Shown piece by piece: positions 11,940-23,542 of a DNA stretch of 64,000 nt. Origin of the DNA: Paecilomyces variotii (lineage: Eukaryota); assembly GCA_004022145.1 (NCBI GenBank), contig RCNU01000001.1; one strand, 5' to 3'. The number at the start of each line of letters is the position of its first letter. Positions within the stretch are counted from its first letter, which is position 1. The notes beneath the pieces were generated by a model. It worked only from the letters and a program-made list of their open reading frames with translations. It was not told where the DNA came from and did not search any database. Both the position numbers and the translations under genes were made by a program.

Positions 11940-14555
11940 ATGAGTACATCTGCCTTCTCTAAGGCGGGATCTACGCCCTCGAAGACGCCATTCAGCGCCA
12001 AAAAGACGTCCACGAAGAAGAATACGAGTATTCTCAGTTTCTTCCAGAAGACGGATGGACCGCCCAAGGCGACTTCGACTCAACAACGGATTACGCAGTT
12101 TGGGTCGAAAATACCAAGGAACGGAAAGAGTCTGAAGAGCGGAACTCGTTCCGGGACCGGTGCTGGCGATAATCTTGGGGTTTGGAGACAGAATAGTGCC
12201 GGTGGCAAGGATGCGGGGGGCTTGTTCTTTGACGATAAGAGGGGGAGAGTTACTCGTACTGAGGAGAATAAGGATAACGATGGGGCTGAAATTACGAGAG
12301 GAAGATCAAGGACGCCTGATGATGATCTCTGGGAGGAGCGGGAAGATGAGAGGTTTAATGAAAATCATGCTGCGGTTAAAAGACGGAGGATACAAGAGGC
12401 ATCCTCGTTGGAGGAGGAATCAAAAGAGGATGTTACTGCAAAAGATATAACTCCTGTTTCAATAAAGGCAAAGAAGAATAATGGACCGTTCATCGATGAG
12501 TCGGATAGCGAGGACGATCTCGAAGCTTTCAGGGAGGTTGTCGATGTCCCCGATGAGTCGACATCGAAGCCGAAGTCCGACGGTGAACTCGTTTTTGGTG
12601 CCGCTGCCGGAGACATATCGCCAAAGGATGAATCATCCGATACGCCGCCCCTAGCTGCCGAGCGCCCTCCATTGGTAAGAGAAGCCACGAGCCATATCGA
12701 AGATGATGAGTTTGCCGATTTTGACGATCTAGAAGAAGATGAATTTCGGGGCGAAGACTTCCTAGAGGGGCAATGGACGGAGGAGCAGAAGGATCTTGAA
12801 CTCCGGGGATATGAAACCCCCGAAACCTCTGGCGCCGGGGAGACGAACGAAGATACGAATAACGAAATACCGTCATGTCCAATCTGCCAGGCGAGCCTTG
12901 GTGGTCTATCTCATAGCGTATGCTTATTCTGTTGCTCTGAGTATGGACGCCAGCCGCTAACACTTGTATAGGAAGTATCTGTGCACGTCAACAACTGTTT
13001 GGATGGAAACCCCAGCCTAGTGCCGACAGCCAAGAAAACCGTTACAACGACAGCATCAATGTCCAGAGCTGAACGCGCTTCTATCGCCCGACCAGCACAA
13101 TCAGACCCGCATGCAATCCACGCAAGTGCTGCTACCTCTGCGTTCTCGAAGTTGATGGCCGGAAATGCCGAGGATAGTGCGTGGGCAGCGGCAGCGGCTC
13201 ATGAGGCTGCATCTCGTGGCAAACAAGCTTATGAACGGACGTGTCCTTTCTACAAGATTATCACTGGTTACTCTATATGTGTCGATGCATTCCGCTACGG
13301 GGCGGTTCAAGGTTGCAATGCCTACTTTCTAAGTCACTTCCACAGTGATCACTACGTCGGGCTGACTTCGTCATGGCGCCATGGTCCTATCTACTGCAGC
13401 AGAGTCACAGCGAACCTCGTACGCCAGCAGCTGAAAGTCGATCCGAAATGGGTTGTGGACCTCGAGTTTGAAACGACAACAGAAGTTCCTGGGACTGACG
13501 GTGTAAGAGTCACCATGATCCCAGCTAACCACTGTCCTGGAAGCTCCCTGTTCCTGTTTGAGAAAACCTTTGGCAGTGGATCGTCTTCCCGACTACATCG
13601 TGTTCTTCACTGCGGTGACTTCCGAGCTTGTCCAGCTCATGTGCAACATCCAATGTTGCGTCCTGAAGCGATCGACGTGGTGACTGGCAAGACCAGGCAG
13701 CAGAGGATCGATGTCTGCTACCTCGACACGACTTATTTGAATCCAAAGTATTCTTTCCCGCCCCAGGATGACGTTGTCAAGGCCTGCGCCGAGATTTGCG
13801 TGAGCTTGGATCAAAACGATGGTGATGCAGCAATGTTCGCGAAAAGTAACAATGGTCATGCTGCTGGGGGGTTGACTAAGTTTCTCTCCAATGCGAATAC
13901 TAGTGGAGATGCAACTCAGAGCTCCTCCGCCGGTCGCGGGCGGTTGCTTGTTGTTGTTGGGACGTATAGCATTGGCAAGGAGAGGCTTTGCGTTGCTATC
14001 GCCCGTGCCCTGAAATGTAAGATCTGGGCCAACCCTGCGAAGCAGCGCGTCTGTTCTTGCCTTGAAGACCCAGAACTGTCTGCTCTGTTGACGGATGATC
14101 CGCTCGAAGCTCAGGTTCACATGCAAACAATCTTCGAGATCCGGGCCGAGACGCTTCAAGAGTATCTTGCTTCAATGAAGCCGCATTTTTCCAAAGTTGT
14201 TGGGTTTCGTCCGACCGGGTGGAACTACCGCCCACCGGCGGGGAGGATGCTGGATAACCCACCTGTGTCGGCTGTGCTGCATTCAGATAACTGGAAGACT
14301 CGATTCTCAGTCCGCAACCTTGTGCCTCAGCGTGGCAGCACGAAGGAGAGTTCATGTTTTGGGGTGCCGTATAGCGAGCACAGCTCATTCCGCGAACTGA
14401 CCATGTTCTGCTGCTCTCTGCGGATCGCTCGCATCATCCCTACTGTCAACGTGGGCAACCGTAAGACGCGCGAGAAGATGAAGGCGTGGTTTGAGCGATG
14501 GGAGGTTGAGAAGAGGAAGACCGGACTCTTCCGCGCCGAGGGCCAGGATTGGTGA
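11940..14555 (+). CDS. pso2: DNA interstrand cross-link repair nuclease Pso2/Snm1 (UBZ zinc finger + metallo-beta-lactamase/beta-CASP)
   Basis: Intron 12918-12971 completes the CPIC...HVNNC zinc finger. Motifs FLSHFHSDHY, ANHCPGS, LHCGDFR, YLDTTY and VPYSEHSSFREL. Confidence 0.95.
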
Positions 14556-15413
14556 CATTTGGCAAGGACAGCGCAATTTGAAAGTACCGTACTCGCATTT
14601 ACGTCTTATAGATACCCAATTGACAGTCTTTTTTCGTACCATCCTGCATAATCCTGCGTCTTACCCTTTGTTATCGCACATTATGTAACCGGGGTATAAG
14701 CCGCATTTGTACACTGCCTCGTGCAGGCGCAAATCAGCACCACCGCGAGGTGATGACTGTGATAGAGCAGTTGACCTGTAGAACGAGAACTGGATAGTTA
14801 ACGTATATCTTATTATCCTATCAACGAGTGTGCATTTCCGTCTTACTCTGCCTCAGGTAGCGTTCGGGGCGTCCAGCTGTCTCCCGCCTTTTGCCATCAA
14901 TGGATCGCCAGCGGCCAAGCGATCAACACTCCAAACATCTGCGGGGAGAGCCGAGTCGGTGTCAAAGTCGGCAAAGAAAGATTCTCGATAGAGTCGTGCG
15001 GTTGGTCCCCGCAGTCCTCCACGTTCTCAACGGCGGTGCGGAGACCCCAGGCAGGCTAAGACGGATTCCCGATGTCTCGCTCCGTTGTTGTCTTTGCCTC
15101 GGGGGTCACGGCCTGGGAAGACACACCGGGATATGTCGTCCACCAAAAGCGTCCTCTGTGAAGGAAACATAAATACGCGCTCTGGTGGTACTGGATGGGC
15201 TTCTTGGTTCATTATCTGGATCGAATTTTCTATTGTGCGGTGTTGAGAATACCTGGTGTGCCATGCAAGGTTGATCTTCTTTTTTTCTTTTTATTTTTTC
15301 CTTCACCCCGGATCATCTTGACAGACTGCCAGCCAATCTGCTCATAGAATACATATATACATACTCCATACTACGTATTACATACATACATCACCGCCAT
15401 TGAGCCGACCAAA

Positions 15414-17134
15414 ATGATCACCGATTTCTTGTTGACGCCGTGGACGCCAGTGGTCCTGCTACTGCTCTACTACATCGTCCCCTACCTGGCCCGCTCCCAT
15501 TACCTCGATATCCCCGGTCCCTTTCTCGCTAAATTCTCCAATTTCTGGCTGCTCTATCAGGCCCGTCGAGGTCGTCGCTACCAGACTGTCCACGAATTGC
15601 ACAAGAAGCACGGCAAATTCGTTCGCATCCAACCAAACCATGTCTCTGTGGCAGATGACAATGCTGTTCAGGAAATCTATGGCCACGGCAATGGTTTTCT
15701 GAAGGCGTATGTGCTCATCCTATCTGTCCACTTTGTAAATAATACGGATATTGATTGCCAGCAGCGAGTTCTACGATAGCTTCGTGTCTATCCGTCGAGG
15801 TCTCTTCAATACCCGTGATCGTGCTGAGCACACCCGCAAGCGCAAGACTGTCTCTCACACTTTCAGCGTCAAGTCCATCGGCCAGTTCGAACAGTATATC
15901 CATGCCAACCTGGAGCTGTTTGTCAAGCAATGGGATCGCATTGATACCAAGGACAAGAATCCCCGTACTGGCTACTCAAGCATTGATGCTTTGAACTGGT
16001 ATGTCTCTTGTCTTGTCTATAAGATAGACATTCTATCCTTGCTAACAACAATCCCCAACAGGTTCAATTACCTGGCTTTCGATGTCATCGGTGATCTGGC
16101 ATTTGGTGCTCCCTTTGGTATGCTGGAGAAAGGCAAGGATATCGCTGAAGTCAGGGCTAATCCCGATGCCCCCGTCAAGTACGCCCCCGCCGTCGAGGTC
16201 TTGAACCGCCGTGGTGAGGTTTCCGCGACTCTGGGATGCTATCCCGCCCTGAAGAACTTCGCGAAGTACCTGCCTGACCGCTTCTTCCGTGAGGGTCTCG
16301 AAGCTGTCGAGGATCTTGCCGGTATTGCTGTCGCCCGTGTCAGTGAGCGTTTGAAGCCAGAGGTCATGGAGAAGAACACCCGTGTAGACTTGCTTGCGCG
16401 TCTAATGGAGGGTCGTGATGAGACTGGTGCCAAGCTCGGTCGTGAAGAGCTCACTGCTGAGGCCCTCACTCAGCTTATTGCTGGCTCCGACACCACTTCT
16501 AATACTTCTTGTGCTATCCTCTACTGGGTCCTGAGAACCCCTGGGGTCATAGAGAAGCTGCAGACAGCCCTTGATGAGGCTCTCGGCCCTGACGTTACCG
16601 TTCCTTCTTTTGCCCAGGTCAAGGAAATCCCTTAGTATGTGCATCCGTCCACCATTTAACTCATTGGAATAACATAGCTAATAATATCGCAGTTTGCAAT
16701 GGGTCATCAATGAGACGATGCGTATTCACAGCACCTCCGCTCTTGGTCTTCCTCGTGAGATCCCTCCCAACTTCCCTCCGATCAACATTGCTGGTCACGT
16801 CTTCAAGCCTGGCGATGTCCTCTCCGTTCCCACGTACACGGTCCACCACTCCACTGAGATCTGGGGCCCTGATGCTGAGGCTTTCGTTCCCGAGCGATGG
16901 GACCCTAAGCGCCTGACTGCCCGCCAGAAGGCTGCATTTATCCCCTTCAGTGTTGGTCCCCGTGCCTGTGTCGGCCGTAACATCGCCGAGATGGAGCTCC
17001 TCACCACCATGGGTACTGTCTTCCACCGCTACGAGTTCCAACTCGAGCAGGACCACCCCATGGAGACTAGAGAAGGTTTCCTGCGCAAGCCCCTCGGCCT
17101 ACGGGTTGGTATGAGACAGCGACAGATTAATTAA
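15414..17134 (+). CDS. bphA: Cytochrome P450, benzoate 4-monooxygenase (CYP53A family), 4 exons
   Basis: N-terminal anchor with IPGPFLAKFSNFWL, I-helix QLIAGSDTTS, ETMR, PERW and heme motif PFSVGPRACVG. CYP53-typical GLFNTRDRAEHTRKRK and ETREGFLRKP. Three GT-AG introns. Confidence 0.92.
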
Positions 17135-17633
17135 ACGAAAGAGAGAGAGAGAAAACCCTTATATTAGTTGGCGTCGGATTCCCAGATCGAGGAGTACTCG
17201 GAGCACCGGTCCAGTTCCCAGGAGATTCCGAGACGGATAGAGAGGCGGGACTTTTGGGTCGCCTTGTTATATACGGTCACTTGACCGTTCTTGTCTGCTG
17301 GGAGATTTGCCTCGTTTCATGGAGGACCTGGCATAACGGCGTCGAATTTGATCAGGTCAATGCACCTGATACTTAGCGTCAGTATGAGTTCCCAACGTTG
17401 ACATACGGTCATCTCAGCTAGCTGGAATTTACTAGACAGCAGGGGCATGGGAAAGACTACCAATAGCGTAAATTTAGCTATTCTATAGCAAGTTATGAAA
17501 AGCAGCCTGCAGAACGTCGTCAACTCCGTGTAGTTCAATGTGGTTTTTGAAGGTGATCGAGATTGACATAGATGAGGTCGTGACCACTTCTAAGGAAATC
17601 TCCTACTTATTTCTTGAATAAGCCAAATCTAGC

Positions 17634-17752
17634 ACATACGACCATAGGGTGTGGAAAATAGGGCTTCCCGTCCGCTCAGCCGTACTTAAGCCACACGCCG
17701 GCAGGTTAGTAGTTGGGTGGGTGACCACCAGCGAATCCCTGCTGTTGTATGT
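17634..17752 (+). rRNA. 5S rRNA gene (dispersed copy)
   Basis: ACATACGACCATAGGGTGTGG...GCTGTTGTATGT, 119 nt with complementary ends, followed directly by a T-run Pol III terminator. Matches the ascomycete 5S pattern. Confidence 0.97.
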
Positions 17753-18775
17753 TTTTTTGCATTTTTTTTTATATTGCCTATTCTCCCTATCTGAGGGATG
17801 TGTAAACATTAGGAAAGGAGAAACTACTTCTTATCGTTTTTTTGTGGAGTGGAATGGCAGTTATTTACAAATAACCGAGGTCCCGGTCGAGCTACATTTC
17901 CCTTTACGGAAAGACTGGGAAATACCTACCTAGTGACTCGCTACAGCTATTTTAAGAATACCAGAAAAGCAGCTTATTAACTAGGAAGTCCACTGAGGTA
18001 AGAGTTAATACCTTACAAGTAATCAGAGTAATGAACAAGTATTTATGTAATTGTTCTTGGCTTTCCTTTCCCTGCCTGATTTTCTCTTAAGGGCCACTCC
18101 TTTGCTTGTATCCTTATAACGTGGCTTATTAGATCCCCTCGACATTTTGGTTCCTTCTTAGAAAGTAAAACTTGAAATGTTTCCCTCCGGTATTAGGCCA
18201 GAATTATATGAGGAAGTTCCCTAGATCAACCAATACGTTATGTGGTTGTCTATGACAAGGATGTTTCACGGCCGCCACCGGTACACACTCCATCATAAAG
18301 TACGCTGATAGAATGAATTTTGAAAGCCCCTAAAGGTTAGAAATTATACATAATGACTCTGAATCATGCTTTCTTAACATGATGTATAGGACCTCATTCA
18401 AGCTAGTTTTTATAAGTCGTTTCTAAATACACAGTTCTTAATTGGTGAGTTTACTTGACAGTTGCGGACCTGTCCCCACCAAGTAGTTAACGGCGACGTT
18501 GTCTAAGCCAACTCTCTTAGAACGTGGAATTAATTTGTTTATGAGCCCATCAGATACATAAGTAAAACTATTGTCGTCAACGACTCTCCGATTTAGGATA
18601 TAATTTTCAGCCGGGCGATTCTTGGATTCGAATACGAGTCGCGTACTCAGGATTTGACATCTCCGAGATCGGACCCGTACTGGTTGCTTAAAGTTCCCCT
18701 CTCGCGATGTATAGTTATCCCCATGCCAAGAGAAGCGACATCTTCCTATATTCTCCCATCTTCATATATATCACA

Positions 18776-19785
18776 ATGTCTAACAATGCAAATGGTAAAT
18801 CTGTCAAGGACCACTGGTCTTCTGAGGTATGGCTAACCGTCCTTTAACATCCGTTGGATTACAACCCCATATCCCTTCCCCGCGTTTATCAACCGCTAGC
18901 TCATGTAAGCAACAGGCATACTCAGCATCAGCATCTTTCGTCCCCAAGTTGACACAGAAGGTTCTGCAATACCTCGATCCCAAACCGTCAGAGAGGGTAC
19001 TCGACATCGGCTGCGGCGATGGGAAGTTCACGGGCAACTTCCTGCCTGCGGTAGCATTCGTGCTTGGAATTGATTCATCTCCTGCGATGATAGAGGCTGC
19101 CAAGAGGGATTATGGTGGGCCCAAGGCTGAATTCAGGGTCGTTGATTGTCGATTCCTCGAGGGGGAGAGCTCTATCGTTGATGGCTCCTGGGATAAGGTG
19201 TATGTGACCATAGACCCCCTGACCATCAGAGTATATATCTATCACGATGTGGTAAGCTAATATGAAATGTTAAGGGTATCAAACGCTGCCCTTCACTGGA
19301 TCCTACGTGATGAGAACACGAGAATATCCACTCTGCGCGGCATACATGCTGCTCTGAAACCGGGCGGCTCTTTCGTCTTTGAAATGGGCGGGCATGGAAA
19401 TGTCGCTGAGGTCGCGACCGCGATACTCTCAGCGCTTGTCCATCGTGGAGTCAGTATAGAAAAAGCACGGGAGTCCAATCCTTGGTTCTTTCCCTCTGAT
19501 ATCTGGATGAAGCAAGCGCTTGAAAGTATCGGGTTTGAAGTCGAGAAAATAGAGCTCGAGTATCGTCCCACCAAGTTAACGACGACAGCAAATGGTAGAC
19601 TGGCAGGATGGGTGAAGTTGATGGGTGCTCAGATGCTGGATGTCCTGCCTGAATCTGAGAGAGATAGTGCCGTGGAGGAAGTTTGTGAGATGCTCCGTAC
19701 AGCTGTCACCAGATCGGAGGATGGGAGTCAATGGCTGGGATATGTCCGACTTCGTGGCATTGCGAAGAAGAATTCATCAGGATAG
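18776..19785 (+). CDS. Class I SAM-dependent methyltransferase (trans-aconitate methyltransferase-like), 3 exons
   Basis: MSNNANGKSVKDHWSSE|AYSASASFVPKL..., VLDIGCGDG, IDSSPAMI, SNAALHWI and LKPGGSFVFEMGG. Two GT-AG introns. Confidence 0.9.
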
Positions 19786-19942
19786 CTACTAGTGATATAT
19801 TCTGACTATTCAATGCATAACTATGGGCACCTGCAAGTTGTTGACTAAACACATGTGACAATGAAGGAAGGCTCCGCTTCCGGCACTTGCCCATTCATCA
19901 ACACAAGGATATATACCACAACAAAGGGTCATTTATCAATCA

Positions 19943-20127
19943 GGGAGTCCAGATGGTGCAGTGGTAGTCCACCTCCATCTAGCTGGAGGCTCCCTGTTCG
20001 AACCTTGGAGGGGGCTCCTTGGATTTTCGAAGAAAAACCCTACCCGCCAAAAGCACGGTGGGGTTTTCGTAACACCCTTCAGCTCTCCTCTGCTAGAGGA
20101 GTGCTGGGGGGTGTGAGCTTTTTTTTT
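19943..20127 (+). ncRNA. Putative RNA polymerase III-transcribed structured ncRNA with tRNA-derived 5' head; identity unknown
   Basis: A box TGGTGCAGTGG (19954-19964) and B box GTTCGAACC (19996-20004). Hairpin CCTCCA/TGGAGG, two long 3' stem-loops with G-U pairs (~20032-20068 and 20072-20114), and a T9 run at 20119-20127. Confidence 0.7.
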
Positions 20128-20477
20128 GTATGGCTTAGTTTTCTTTTTCTTGTATCGTGTCTATTATTTCTCGTGATTGTGATTCTGTAGAGTAATCTAT
20201 GTCACGTTCTATTCTGTATCAAGGGATTAATACATGAAGATCTCAATGGATATAGTATGACACTGGGTATGCCCCCTGGGTATAAAAGATGCTAAGAATC
20301 CACATAAGACAATAGCAATACGAAAATATCGTATAAGAACCGTGACTCTCCAACAGTAGCTACTGTTGGTATATTGTATATGATGAACACACATGATGAA
20401 TTGCAAATCTTGAAAATCTGACTCAAGCTGAGAATAGCAGAGGTTTTCAGATAGGGAATATAAGAGAAACTCGAGAT

Positions 20478-23256
20478 TCAGTCTCTGCTTTCACATCCTT
20501 GCGACTTTATCGTCGATAACTCAAATGGTATATGAGGTTCCTCGTCCGTTTTGACGGTCCTATATTTCTTCTTGATTAAACCAGATAATCGAGCGTTCCA
20601 GAGCTGCTGTAGCTGCTTTGAAGGAGTTGCCGAAAATGCTTCAGAGGACGACCCAGACTGAGAATAAGAATCAACCCGGCATATGTCTACAAATGAAGAA
20701 GACAGATGATTCACATTTATGGCCAATTTCAAGCCTATATCATGAAGGTCCGAACCTTCAGGTATCCTCTCCAGAGGCAGTTTGCTAGTGTGCACACGTC
20801 GAATCTTTGGCCCGGTGCTGGAAGTCCCTATTTGTCCGACCGTGTCTCGATGGCGGATAAAGTATGCTCTGGGGTCGTTAGGGTTTAATGGAGCAGGGTT
20901 GGGAGTTCCCGTCGTAGAAGTACTTGGTGGCATCTCTGCATGAGATTCTGCGACTGGAGCTGCTAAGGCAGCACGCGCAGCAAGATACCTGTTGTGGTGA
21001 GGAGAGCTGGAAGGAGGTTCGTCCTCTCTGGGAGCCGCTGATCCAAGAAAGGCCTTTGTTTGCAGCCGTCGGGACTGGATAGCCGCTCTCTTTCTTCGCT
21101 CAAAATCCAACGCCATCTCCGTCTCAGACGTGTATTCCGAAGCGGAAGACTGATGTAGTCTGGATGACCACTGCTCAAGTACAGGGAACTCCTGACGTCT
21201 GTGGATGATGTCTTCGGACTGCCCAGTATCTTCTACATCCTCCACAAGAGAATGTTCTCTTCCAGAGATCCGAGGAACATCAATATCAATGGAAGTCTGG
21301 GTATGTTTATTCCCCGCATCGTCGGTGAAGTCTCTCAGCGGACTGGCCTGCGGCGGATGCGTTCTCTTTCCAAACCGCTCGGCTGCCCGATCTCTGGTTA
21401 CCTCATCTTGGATTTCCTGGGACGTAGAGTCGGTAGACAAATTCTTAAAAGATGACTGGGTAACTTTCTGGAACCACGTGTCCAGGGCACCGTTCCCATA
21501 GCGTTCCTTAGCAATGTCTCTATCGGATCTCGTGTAAGCTGCGCAGGCTGGGCTACGTTGAGGACGCTGTACAAACAGCGAAGATCGACGTGACCCGGAA
21601 GACGGCAAAGAAGAATCAGAGTTGGACGGACTTGGCAGGGGAGGACTGCCGGAATGGCGGTTATTCATGCTCTCGAGTTCCAGGCTCTCAGGAGTGTTTT
21701 TGGTGCGGCTAGGAGTTAACAATTGGGAAAAATGAGGTCGAACACTGGCTGTAGAACGAGTAGAGGTATTCAGCCTTGCGATAGCCCAGGGGTTCCTAAT
21801 ATCAATGTTCCCGGATCTCATTGGCGTCTCATTGCGCGATGTGCTTCGTTTCTCATTCTCCAGAGTCTGACAGATAGATGACTGCCGCATACCTCCAGGT
21901 ACAAACGAAGTCTGAGAAGCAGCAGGTATATCCTGGCTGTGATAACTCTCTGCACTTTCTGCCTCTGCTGGTGCTCTGATACAACTGTCATTTTGAGAAG
22001 TCTTGCTGGTCTTTGACGCCGGCGCATCTAACTTGCCGCCGTGGTCGACTTCGCCATATACACTCTTGAAAAGACTCTCTGACAGCGATATAAGGGCGGG
22101 GGAGTCAGTGAACAAAACATCATCCTTGGCTGGTTCAATGTTTGCGTCGTAGCTTCCTTTAGGGCAACGAATGTGCAGACACAAAAACGGATCCGAAAGC
22201 GACGCATTATTCCCCCTGATTTTTGCAGCCGAATGGATATAGGTCCTGAAAAGTTTTATAATATCGCGAGACGTGCCCCTTGAAGCAGAGACTGGTCTCC
22301 CATCAACAGAAACGTACTGGCCTCCGCCACTAACTTTGGTGAAATCTCCTGACTGTCAGCGTAGATTGGTGAATATTATAAAGGCTATAGTTACCTGAAT
22401 CAGCTTTAGGAAGAAACGCGGTTAACTCATAATTGGCCACTGTATGATTCTGCTCCAGTTCCTGCTCCATTTCATGTTCTTTGGATTCCTGAGATGGCCA
22501 TGTAATTACCGCACAGTGGCTAGCTGTTTCGAGGCCGGCCACCAGTAGAGCAGCTTCTCGAAGTGTGGTATTTGGTTTCGGAGCGTAGGTCCAATTGTTG
22601 TTTTCATTCTTACTATCTATAACCCTGAATGAAATTCGTTTAGAAGGCTGAGCAATTGCATACGCTTGGAGGAGCTTCTTGATCCTGGTAATCGTTTTCG
22701 ACGCGCTCTTCAATGCTGTCTGTCTGCGAACTGGAATATGTTTCAAGAAGTCTGTCAAACGGACAGTAGTTCCAACCGGATGAGAAGCACGCTGAGAACT
22801 GCAAAACTGTGTCAGTATGTTGTAAAGAGTCTACATCTGCCAGGCTCACCTTGCGAGATCTCCTGTCCTTGAATACTTCAGGGTTGCTCCCACTACCTGC
22901 GACTCAACTCTCGTAGTCACACTAACACCTCCAGACATCTCGCAAGCACTGGCCAGCGCTTCGCCTCTAAAGCCAAGGGAAGTCCCTCCAACATTTCTCA
23001 AGTCGTCTAATGTCTGAATTTTACTTGTGAAACTGCGCTTGCACACGAAACCGTGGTCCTCTGGGGGGATACCATGCCCGTTATCTTTGACCTGGATGAG
23101 ATCAACTGTATTTTGTGAGACCTCGATGGATACAGATGAGGCACCTGCATCTAGGGAGTTGTCTAGCAGCTCTTTGACGACGGAGCACGTATCAGACAAG
23201 ACACTTGTTGAGCCAATTGCCCGCGCCGTCGACTGTGGAAGGGCGGCAATTGGCAT
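20478..23256 (-). CDS. MutL-family mismatch repair protein, Mlh2/PMS1-like (3 exons)
   Basis: GHKL ATPase motifs VVKELLDNSLDAGA, VKDNGHGI, SLGFRGEALAS and HPVGTTV. Transducer-domain YDANIEPAKDDV. Two introns at ~22799-22849 and ~22350-22395. Long disordered C-terminal half. Confidence 0.9.
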
Positions 23257-23542
23257 CTTCAGGATCGATGTAGATGGCCTGGCATGACACTATTATGCTA
23301 GCTCCCATAAGAGGTAAACATTTATGGGACTTGTCAGTAAGCTCACATCAACGTTGATGCCTAGATGCGAGCTAGATGCTGGCTGATATCAAGTGCTCTT
23401 CTTTGACCTTGAGTCCGAGATTCTGCGCCTCGGGATGCGCTTTCGGCCACGCACTTCATCCCGATGGACACGCGTAGTCAGCAGAACCACGCGGAAAGCG
23501 ACGATGTGGACAACCATGATTTCTCGCCATCGATAGAAAACA

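Noticed and set aside
17603-17933. ORFs 17603..17809 and 17649..17933
   Set aside because: They are spurious translations of the 5S rRNA gene.
15414-19785. P450 plus methyltransferase as a secondary-metabolite cluster
   Set aside because: There is no PKS, NRPS or terpene synthase backbone and no cluster regulator. CYP53 is a conserved catabolic enzyme.
19947-20018. Amber-suppressor, Pyl or Sec tRNA reading of the ncRNA head (CTA sits in the central loop, and the 5' end loosely resembles tRNA-Sec)
   Set aside because: The loop is 6 nt rather than 7, the T stem has two mismatches, the canonical acceptor stem does not form, and there is no TCA anticodon or long variable arm.
20028-20118. H/ACA snoRNA reading of the two 3' hairpins
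   Set aside because: There is no ANANNA hinge box, no ACA before the 3' end and no clear pseudouridylation pockets.
19855-20190. 111-aa ORF with a hydrophobic tail
   Set aside because: It has a non-ATG start and overlaps the putative ncRNA. The hydrophobic tail is just the T-rich terminator region.
20380-20421. ATGATGA...CTGA as a possible C/D snoRNA
   Set aside because: It spans only ~40 nt with no terminal stem, in AT-rich 3' UTR sequence where such words arise by chance.
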